11,006 nt of DNA from Azolla caroliniana (lineage: Eukaryota > Plantae > Polypodiophyta). The DNA lies in the NCBI GenBank assembly GCA_043228905.1, contig JBHGNT010001200.1, positions 1 through 11,006 on the forward strand. The letters are read 5' to 3'. Below the pieces are notes generated by a model. The model was given only the letters and a program-made list of their open reading frames with translations, was not told the origin of the DNA and did not search any database. The translations under genes and the position numbers were made by a program. Of the stretch, positions 1 through 8,363 are shown one piece after another; position 1 is the first letter of the stretch; each line of letters starts with the position of its first letter.

Positions 1-8
1 AGAATGTA

Positions 9-241
9 AATGGTTTACAGTTGGAGTGTGTTGATATTAGCTTGATATTGAATTTAATTAGCTTGATATTAATTGTTAATGATATTATGATATTAGCTTG
101 ATATTGATTATTAATGGTTTAGGGTTGAGATTATGATTTAATGCTTGATATTAGAATGTGGCCCAAGTTTAGAACAAGTTTAGCTCATTGATCATTGAAT
201 AGACTTGCGAAAATTGATTGATTATTAATGGTTTACGGTTT
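9..241. repeat. Degenerate short AT-rich repeats (TTGATATTAGCTTGATATTG; GATTATTAATGGTTTA)
   Basis: TGATATTAGCTTGATATT-like units recur near 31, 57 and 88; AATGGTTTA(C/G)(A/G)GTT recurs near 9, 113 and 227. Confidence 0.6.
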
Positions 242-338
242 AATCCTTTGCTTGATTAAAGTTAATATTGTGTGTGTTTGAGTATTAAATTCAAAAATGT
301 TTGATTACTTATGTTTTCTTTTCCTTGTATGGTGGTAG

Positions 339-1380
339 ATGGCTGTCAGGTCCAAGTACAATGACTGGCGGGATTCCGATAACGGTGAGATATATCCAAC
401 TAAAGAGAGGTACGTCACGAACCAATCTCCCCTAATAGTGGTAATGATGTATGATGCATGCATGTTGATTGATGATTTGTTAAAGGGTTTTCGTTAGAAG
501 ACATTGGAGAAGTTGTGCAACTGACATATCTAAGGGTGGGGAGAGCATGGATCAGGCATTGGTGGTTCATCTGCCTCGGATCGAGCCAATACAGGCCATG
601 GCAACATTTGACGAAGATGCTTCTCCTGCAGGTATGTGGATTTACTCTCGTTGTATTATGTCAATCTTTATGTAACACATACAAAAACAACAAATGCTCC
701 TAGCCTTAGCTCGTTGTATAAGGTTGGAAGAGATGCCAATGGGAACAAGGCCCGTGTTTATATCGTGGTTGAGTATTGCCGCCTCTCGCCAAGGTGGTAT
801 CGCAAAATATGTGACATGGAAACACATTTACGCAGGGCACATGGAATTGACATAGTCCTACCACAAGGGATGTAGATAGAGGAGGATGGTACTCCGGGGG
901 CAAGCTTTAATAACTATGAGCGTCAGAGATCACTCAGAAGATTCATGGATCCTGAAATCAAGTACCATAGAAATCGGCAGTCACACATCCAAAAGTTGAA
1001 GGTTAGGGTTGTTTCGAGGTACAACTCTATTCCGGTGGAACTCCGACATGACACGTAGGCAGAGTTCGTGGCGCAATTTATGGACTACGAGATGACCATC
1101 TACTACTCCAAAAAGGATGAGCGGTTGGAGATGGTGAAGAAGAAGATTGCATTTGGTTTGGATTCTTATGTAAGTATGAACGAGGATTTCATTCTTCATA
1201 TGTGTTGGAGGGTTTATTGGCAAATTTTAGATAGTAACACGCGTCTTATTGTGGTGAAATAGTGTAAGAAGGCGGGGATATCCACCGAAGAGGGTGGTGT
1301 GTCCACTGATGTGGGTGAGGCTCTAAACCCATCTGAGGGTGGTGTGTCCACTCCACCAAGACGGAGACAGCCAAAGATGC
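339..1380 (+). pseudogene. Decayed multi-exon TE-associated gene with a C2H2-like zinc finger and an unrecognised conserved domain (copy 1)
   Basis: ORFs 636-875 and 1068-1262 share one frame broken by two TAG stops: CRLSPRWYRKICDMETHLRRAHGIDI...FNNYE...DPEIKYHRNRQSHIQKLKVRV...LDSY. GTAAGT..TAG intron at 1170-1262, then exon CKKAGISTEEGG. Candidate upstream exons 339-409 and 498-631 have GT-AG borders, but the phase join to the next exon is unresolved. Homologous to the - strand copy at ~10180-10677. Confidence 0.75.
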
Positions 1381-1382
1381 AT

Positions 1383-1652
1383 GAGAGAGAGAGTTGTAAC
1401 CTATTGTAATCGTCATCTGATGAAGAGGAGCTCAAGGTTGTTGCCTTAGAGTCTCTTGTGTATATTTCTCTCACTATAGTGATATAGTTCGAAGTTTGTG
1501 GATTACCATGGTTTTTCCCTTTTCAGGTTTTCCACGTAAAATACTTGGGCCTCTATACTTTTGTTTTTTGTTTGTTGTGATTTTTGTTGGTTCAATCTTT
1601 GCACCCGCATACGCTTTAGTGAGAACCGGTTGTGGCCGATAGGATCCTCACA
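1383..1652 (+). mobile_element. 3' part (R/U5) of a Copia-type LTR, no internal domain
   Basis: CCATGGTTTTTCCCTTTTCAGGTTTTCCACGTAAAATACTTGG (~1506-1548) resembles a motif common in plant Ty1/copia LTRs; ends ...ATCCTCACA at 1652; no PBS follows; left boundary approximate. Confidence 0.6.
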
Positions 1653-2107
1653 TATATATCTATACACCTTTGCATCAATAAGACAATGTTATACATTTTT
1701 TTCTACCTTTGTATCAAAAGAGGACCTTCACAAGAACGATGGATTAAACATGGAAGATCAGCAAGTTATGGAGATTTAAAGATGAAGAAGATATAGAAGA
1801 AGAAGAAGGAGACGGGGAAGAAGAAGAACACAATATATCATTTGATCTTTCATTCATCAAGAATGTATGAGATTATGTTTCTTTCTTTTTTTCTCTATTT
1901 TACCTAATTTATATTTTTTCTTTCAGTCTTTGTTCATAAGAAAAGATTGTTGCAAACATGTTGGATGCTAAGAGGTCTAATAATAAGGACAATATGAACA
2001 GATCAAGTATTAACGGAGAAAGGAACTTGAAGGGATATAAAGTTAGAGGTGTTTTCCAAAAGTAGAAAAAGCAAGAAAAAAGATAAAGAATGTATGAGAT
2101 TATGACA

Positions 2108-2819
2108 CCTCACAACATGAAATGTCTTATATTTAAAACAATCGGTGCAAGAAGCCACAAATGACAAAGCTCATAATGAAGCAAAAGATATAGAATCATC
2201 CAACTTAGAAAGCTCATATTAGAGAATAGGTTATGAGAAGCCATACACAACATATTGATAACGATGAAGTTGTAAATGACATGATGAGGAGCTTTTCAAT
2301 TAACGAAGACCATATTGATGATACCGATGGAAGAACCATCAAGTGTACGAAGCTCATTCTGAAAGCAACTAAAGCCTCATGACATGAAATGTCTTATATT
2401 TAAAACAATCGGTGCAAGAAACCACAAACGACAAAGCTCATAATGAAGCAAAAGATATAGAACCATCCAACTTAGAAAGCTCATATCAGAGAATAGGTTA
2501 CAAGATGCCATACACAATATATTGATAAAGATGAGGCTGTAAATCACATGATGAGGAGCTTTTCAATTAACGAAGACCATGTTGATGATATTGATGGAAG
2601 AACAATCAAGCATACAAAGCTCATTCTGAAAGCAATTGAAGCCTCACTACATGAAATGTCTTATATTTAAAACAATCGGTGCAAGAAGCCACAAATAACA
2701 AAGCTCATAATGAAGCAAAAGATATAGAACCATCCAACTTAGAAAGCTCATATCAGAGAATAGGTTACAAGATGCCATACACAATATATTGATAAAGATG
2801 AAGTTGTAAATCACATGAT
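2108..2819. repeat. 267-bp tandem repeat, about 2.7 copies
   Basis: ACATGAAATGTCTTATATTTAAAACAATCGGTGCAAGAA starts at 2115, 2382 and 2649 (period exactly 267); the last copy stops at 2819. Confidence 0.97.
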
Positions 2820-3017
2820 CATACACGTATCTTGGACCGTCTGTGTTCGCAGTTTTCTCACCAAGCCTAATTATTATTAGGTAGCAAATAGAAACGTTGT
2901 GGCTCCCTACCAAATGATAAAGAGGCATAGTGAGGGAATCGCGAGGCCAAGGGCACGTGTGATCTCCACCGTCCGATCTGTATAGAAAATAAGTGCGCCA
3001 TAAAAAAATGACAGCCT

Positions 3018-3143
3018 CTATCACTGGGAGCCCGACTCTCACAACCTTTGCACCAGGAACTTGACTCTATGTTAGCTTTTATCACTAGGAGCCTAACCGG
3101 CTCAGTACAAGAGCCCGACTGACTCAGGGCAGGAGCCCGACTC
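3018..3143. repeat. Cluster of GAGCCCGACT motifs, probably subterminal repeats of a DNA transposon
   Basis: GAGCCCGACT near 3028, 3111 and 3134, with degenerate GGAACTTGACT and GGAGCCTAACC; lies downstream of the MULE transposase. Confidence 0.5.
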
Positions 3144-3430
3144 AAATTCAAACATCAAAAACTTCAAAACAAATTGGGCGTAAAACAAAAATTTCCCATC
3201 AAAATCTTGCACCAAAATTCCTAAAAAAATAAAAAATGTCCAATTACACAAAACTTAAAACTTCAAATTACACTTACATTAAAGCTTAAAACTTCAAATT
3301 ACACAAATCTCCAACCACAACATGTTTCTAACATCACAAGCTATGTATTTTTTATTCCGGAGACCAAAAATGCCCAAATTCCAAGTCAAAAAACCTGAAG
3401 ATGAAATCAGAATACATATGTACGCAAAGA

Positions 3431-4660
3431 TTATGGCTCGCGTGGGGATGATTCCAAAATGCAACCACAATTTTTGCAACACTCAACATTTAAGTCCCTT
3501 GAAGTCAAGTTCAAGCCATTGCAATGCAAACATCGAACCTTCTTAGTCTCAACCCGACTTGCACCTCTCTGTAGTTTTTTGGTGTGGGATTTGGAAGTGT
3601 TTGGGGAACTGCCAATAAGTTCTTGCAATATGTCGATTGTCGCTCCTCTATTCACACCAATTTGAGCCTTCTCCATTGGTTTGTTTCAGTGCACGTAAAC
3701 CATACGTCTTTTGTAGTAGATCTACCATTTGTTGTAGATCATCCTCAACATATGATCGTTCAAGGGATCTTAACCCTTGCTCGAGCCATTGAGTAGCTTC
3801 CTTGGTTGTTTGTATTTGAGATGATTCCATGTCAAATTTAGTAGGGTTTGTTTGTATGTCTGGTTCTACTTCTATTTCTCTGATATCTCACATTTGCATT
3901 TGGGCCGCATGATCTATAAATGGTAATGACCCACATATGGTTGACATATGCGTCTCAATGATCATCTGAATTCTGAGTAAATGCTTACATTTACTTGCAA
4001 GGTCTGGGCAATCACATATGAGCATTGGAGCAAGACATTATACCATAGAGTGGGAGTCATCATGCTCAATATTTGGAACCAATATCGAGCCTCATCTACA
4101 ATATCAGTCACATATTTCTCGAATATCCTCTCGACCTCTTTAAGTCTTGACCTTTGATCCCTACAATTTGTACGGTGCGCAAATGTACCACTCTCACATA
4201 TTTCTTGTTATTACATGTACCATTGTATGGCGGTCCCTCCGATGCAAGAGCCAGTTTTATTATTCCCGATTAAGACATGCACAGATCGATAATAGATTGG
4301 TTTATTCTTCCTCTCAAGGCAGTATACTTGATAAATTGCCAATGTCTCTCCACAATATTGGTATCATCAACATGTTTGTAGTTTAATAATCTACCAAACT
4401 TGGGCCATAATTTCCTCCACAGACATGTCAAGCCACACCATCCTCCTTCTATATATTTCTAAACATCAAGTTTGTCTACATATTCTAACTTTAATTCCTC
4501 ACACATCACATTGAACACAGATTCCGTAATGCAATGCATGAATTGACACATTTGTTGATAGAGATGGTTTCTCTCAGCAACACTTACTTTGGGCAACAAG
4601 TTATCTACCCATGATTTTTTGTGTGAAACAAACACAACAAAGTTGGCATTACGTTTGCGA
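3431..4660 (-). pseudogene. Mutator-like (MULE/MuDR) DDE transposase pseudogene with SWIM zinc finger and C-terminal C4 motif
   Basis: Minus-strand translation with frameshifts and stops: LLCLFH/KKSW (MULE CxxH, ~4623-4634), KYIEGGW...WRKLWPKFGR, DTNIVERHWQFIKYTALRGRIN (catalytic Glu motif, ~4300-4365), CDCPDLASKCKH (SWIM, 3981-4016), CLHC-x14-CKNC (3467-3532). The N-terminal extent is unclear. Confidence 0.88.
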
Positions 4661-5049
4661 CCATTGCCCTTGATCTTAGATGTGGTTTTGAATTTTTCTA
4701 ATATGGCTTGTTAACTTTTTTGTGAGTATGCACCTCATTGTTGGCAAGTTTCAAACTTTTATCCACATAGGCTTTTGAGAGGGACATGTGAGATTATGCA
4801 TATTACACAATTTTTGACAAAGATCCTATACGTGCTATATGCATAATTTTAGGCATGGAGTTTCCAAGTTAGGATCTTGGTCTCTTTATTGTCGATATTG
4901 TGGTGGTTTCACCTCACATTTCTTGAGTTGAAACATTTGATACATGTCTATTTACTAAAGAGTCTTGGTGAGGGAACTGTGGTCACAAACGATGCATTTT
5001 TCTAATCTTGTGAAATATGCATTGTCATATCATTATCCAAAAACATTGT

Positions 5050-5345
5050 GCACCCGTAACTAACATGGTAGTGACCAGGCTTTGTCATGTCTAACCAAGG
5101 AACTTGGAAATAACCTATAACCTGACCAATGGATTGGCTAACTTGGCTCAATCCTTTTTACGATATTACTAATCTGACAAGTTGTAGTAACCTAATAGAG
5201 ATCATTATGAACTTGGCATGTGTCATTACTAACTAAACAAGTCCCAATAACCCAGTGAAGATCATTACTAACCTGGTCAATCGTAGTGGTCAATCGTAGT
5301 AATCCGATCATTCTCTAACTAACTTGATACCATGGAACTAGCCAA
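5050..5345. repeat. Degenerate CATTACTAAC(C/T)TG-type repeat cluster upstream of the MULE ORF
   Basis: Variants of (GAT)CATTACTAAC/AACTTGG recur at least five times; exact tandem duplication of TGGTCAATCGTAG at ~5274-5300. Confidence 0.55.
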
Positions 5346-5644
5346 GTGTCGTGGTGCATCTAACTCGGCTCCAAATGCAACACGACGAAAACCCTGAAGG
5401 CATGACATTTTGGCTATTTTTTTAATCGATTGTCTACTACAAGGGTTTAGGAGGGAAGAAAACAGAAGGGCTCAACCATATGTACATGCCAACCACCGAT
5501 ACCTGATCTACTTTGTATATTGTATTTTTCTTATTTGTCTAGAGCATACGCTTTTGTCGGTTCTAATGATTCATGATTAATGTTTCGGGTTTTACGTTGG
5601 GTGAAATGTTGGGTTTTGTTTCAAGGAGTTGTGCATGGGTGAAA

Positions 5645-5887
5645 TTGAAATCTGGTATTGATGTGCATGCATTCAAATAGTTGAAATCTGGCGTTGATGT
5701 GCATACATTAAGGTAGTTGAAATATGGTATTGATGTGCATGCATTCATACTGTTGAAATATGGTATGGATGTGCATACATTCAGATAGTTGAAATATGGA
5801 ATTGATGTGCATGCATTTAAATAGTTGAAATATGGTATTGATGTGCATGCATTTAGATAGTTGAAATATAGTACTAATGTGCATGCA
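5645..5887. repeat. 36-bp minisatellite, about 6.75 copies (TTGAAATATGGTATTGATGTGCATGCATTCAGATAG)
   Basis: Units start at 5645, 5681, 5717, 5753, 5789, 5825 and 5861, head to tail with no spacers. Confidence 0.97.
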
Positions 5888-5908
5888 AGGATTAATGATG
5901 AGGATCAC

Positions 5909-5934
5909 GAGAGAGAGAGAGAGAGAGAGAGAGA
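5909..5934. repeat. (GA)13 microsatellite
   Basis: Read directly; a second GA tract lies at 6031-6052 inside the LTR. Confidence 0.98.
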
Positions 5935-6172
5935 TATTCTATTATTGTCTTTGGAGGTCAAATATGACCTATGAGACCAAAAATATTACATTTCACGTGA
6001 TACATGTGAAAGTGAGTAGTGACTCTCAATGAGAGAGAGAGAGAGAGAGAGAAAGAGAAAGAGAATATTATAAAAAGAAAGAGTAAAAAATATGGGAACT
6101 AGGCTTGAGGCGTAAGATTGATGTTGAATCGAATTGGTTCGAGGAGTACAATATGCCTCTATTTATAGGGCC

Positions 6173-6320
6173 TTCAAGAATATTCTTGGAATTTCTAAAA
6201 TGTTCTAGAGTATTCTTGAATATTTATGGATTTTTTTGATAACTTTGGAAAGTTCCAAGACATTCAAGAGTATTCTGGAATATTCATGAATTTTCTAGAA
6301 TATTTTGGGAAGTTCCAAGA
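6173..6320. promoter_or_regulatory. In-register heat-shock element (nGAAn/nTTCn) array in LTR U3
   Basis: 10-bp periodic TATTCTAGAA-like units; perfect six-pentamer HSE TTCtgGAAtaTTCatGAAttTTCtaGAA at 6273-6300; abuts the TATA box. Confidence 0.75.
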
Positions 6321-6362
6321 CCTAGTTAAAATAATCGATGACAATATATAAAATATGTATTA

Positions 6363-6436
6363 TAATAAATATTCCAATGGTAAGGCTTTAACATGTGTAT
6401 AGGTTAGGACTTCAGAGTTCAAATGCTTTTGGGATA
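6363..6436 (+). other. Degenerate tRNA-like / Pol III A-box and B-box segment, antisense within the LTR
   Basis: TATTCCAATGGTAAGGC (A-box/D-loop like, from 6370), TAAC..GTTA stem, GAGTTCAAATGC (B-box like, 6415-6426). Confidence 0.5.
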
Positions 6437-6448
6437 ATATTCATGACA

Positions 6449-6462
6449 TTATCCCTCTCTTT
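6449..6462 (-). other. Polypurine tract (PPT)
   Basis: AAAGAGAGGGATAA on the - strand directly 5' of TGTCATG. Confidence 0.85.
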
Positions 6463-6487
6463 GAATGACGAGTTTTACAAGTTTCAT

Positions 6488-7737
6488 TAGTTAAGGGCTC
6501 CTGCATTTGCAACATTCTTCACCAGTTCCCAAGTGTGGTTGCTTGGAATATATCTCAGCCAGTCCACCAAATAATATAACTTGTTGTGAACAATGTTGTT
6601 CCTTATACTATAGCAACAAACTTGTACTCTTGTACATCATCAAGTTCAACAAGGGGTGAATGTGGTTTAATACGATTTGGAATAGAACTTACCAGTCATG
6701 AAGAGAGAATGATGAAATACTAGATGTAGCTAGTGGCCACGATTGTGGGGGAAAATTAAGACGAATGTTTACATTATTGATTTTTGCATTAATGACTAAA
6801 GGGCTTAGTTGTTGATAATGCAATTTGGCACATGGTCTAATAGCCTTCATATGATGTCATAATAACCATACTCGATCTCCAACTTGAAATCTGGTTGGAA
6901 GTTGATGTTGATCTGCATTGGATTTGTGTGTTACTTGAGCTTCCTTTAGATGAGTGGAAAGTTCTGTCTAAATATGTCGTACTCGATCTAAATGATCATG
7001 AGCACTAAGGTTTGTTGGTAATTTAGGAGCTTCCAATAATCATTATCAAGGATGGTAACTTGTGTATGCATAGAATGGTGTAACCCTAATAGAGGAATGT
7101 ATAAAATGTTATATGTAAAATCTGCAAAATGTAATATATTGGCTCGATCATCTTGTTGATAATTGATGAACCATCAAAGATTCAGCTCTAATGTTTTGTT
7201 TGATCATCAATTTGTGGATGATAACCCGAGAGGAGTTTGCAAGAGACTTTGAGCATTGTGAAGAGATGCATCCAAATTTTAGATATACATTGTGGGCCAC
7301 AATAATTAACGATGTTGTTTGGAAGACCATGGTCACGAAATGCTTCACACATGACCAAATTTGATGTTTCCTCACTAGTGATGTCTTTAGTGTATGGCAA
7401 GAAATGTGCCATTTTATTATATCAATAAACTATTGTTAATATAATATTGAACCCCATAGAATGTGGAAGATCTGTAATAAAATCTAAACACATAGATGGC
7501 CATGGCTTGTTTGGAATTGACAATGGCTGTAATACTCTGTAAGGATGATGTTGAGGCATCTTTGTTATACAACATGCATCACATGTGCGAACATATTCTT
7601 TGAAAAATTCACATAGATGAGGCCACTAGAATGATTGTGTCAACAAATCCAAGGTCTTGTGGACAAACACCAAAATACCCAACCATATATGTATCATTGC
7701 AAAATGTTGTATGACTTGGAGGGAGGATGGCCTGCAC
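6488..7737 (-). pseudogene. Gypsy pol C-terminus: integrase (zinc-binding, DDE core, GPY/F region) and chromodomain, decayed
   Basis: WPHLCEFFKEYVRTCDAC; LQPLSIPNKPWPSMCLDFITDLP; KMAHFLP...HGLPNNIV...YHPQIDDQT; FQVGDRVWL; YYLVDWLRYIPSNHTWELVKNV. Many stops and frameshifts. Confidence 0.93.
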
Positions 7738-8112
7738 TTTTACTAGATAATGTTCCGATGGTCAAAATTTCACATGAATCTCAAAGCTATCCTTGCACTG
7801 TCCATTGTATATGTATATGTATGCATGTCTCACGTAATCTCGACCATTTTGAATTGAATGAATTGATTCGGATAGCAGATGGAGATGCAAATGCAAAGGG
7901 CAACACCCAACACACCACAATCCACAACACAACACAACTTAAAACAATACAACACAAACTTAACACTACAAAATCCTTGCTCTCTCATCATATTCTCTAC
8001 CTCTTCTTCTTCCTCTTCTTTTCCTTCTCTTCCTTCTCCTTCTTCATCAGACTCTTAAGAGAATTGTTTAGCCACTCCAGTCTGTCAGTCTGACAGACAA
8101 AATGGCTACGAA

Positions 8113-8115
<3 letters not shown>

Positions 8116-8151
<36 letters not shown>
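8116..8151. repeat. (TC)18 microsatellite in the THO2 promoter/5' UTR
   Basis: Read directly; GA/TC tracts are known BBR/BPC binding sites near plant transcription starts. Confidence 0.97.
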
Positions 8152-8153
<2 letters not shown>

Positions 8154-8234
8154 AACAATCAAGAAAGCAAAGCTCGGCGAACAGTTTTCCCCCTCCCTAT
8201 GTTGTCTTCTTCCAAATCTTCTTCTTCTTCGGCA

Positions 8235-8363
8235 ATGGCCGTAGAACAGAAGCTTGTCATCAGTGAGGAGATCCTTCGTATTTGGAAGACCTCCTCAAGC
8301 TCTCAGAAGCTCCATGTTCAGCTTCCTCCTGCACGCTTCATCTACGAGCTCTTCTGGACTGTG
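8235..8363 (+). CDS. THO2: THO complex subunit 2 (THO/TREX), first coding exon
   Basis: MAVEQKLVISEEILRIWKTSSSSQKLHVQLPPARFIYELFWTV matches the plant THO2 N-terminus as I recall it (ECKYVTEE..RE.K....KL...VP.LRFLYEL.W..VRGEL); good start context gcaATGG; donor GTG|GTGAGT at 8364 (phase 0); alternative in-frame ATG at 8199. No exon 2 found in the window. Confidence 0.85.

Larger units (their letters stand above)
6005..6448 (-). repeat. 3' LTR of the chromovirus (~444 bp)
   Basis: Starts TGTCATG right after the PPT; TATAAATA at 6160-6167 (-); probable end ...CACTTTCACA at 6005 (this boundary is less certain). Confidence 0.8.
6005..7740 (-). mobile_element. 5'-truncated Ty3/Gypsy chromovirus (Tcn1-like) LTR retrotransposon
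   Basis: Integrase, chromodomain, PPT and 3' LTR occur in the expected order on the - strand; no gag, RT or 5' LTR seen. Confidence 0.93.

Noticed and set aside
1263-1652. Complete solo LTR starting TGTAAG at 1263
   Set aside because: TGTAAGAAGG is the exon start conserved in copy 2 (CKK.GIST), and the flanks show no matching TSD; only ~1383-1652 is LTR-like.
2647-3151. Minus-strand ORFs of 131 and 94 aa
   Set aside because: They cross the tandem-repeat/TE junction and have no motifs.
5645-5887. CRISPR array (36-bp repeats)
   Set aside because: Units are contiguous with no unique spacers, there are no cas genes, and the context is eukaryotic.
7758-7847. Small MITE defined by ATGGTCAAAATT / AATCTCGACCAT
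   Set aside because: Only a 10/12 inverted match with no TSD.
7635-8093. 152-aa ORF as a real gene
   Set aside because: It joins antisense integrase sequence to low-complexity promoter tracts and has no recognisable motif.
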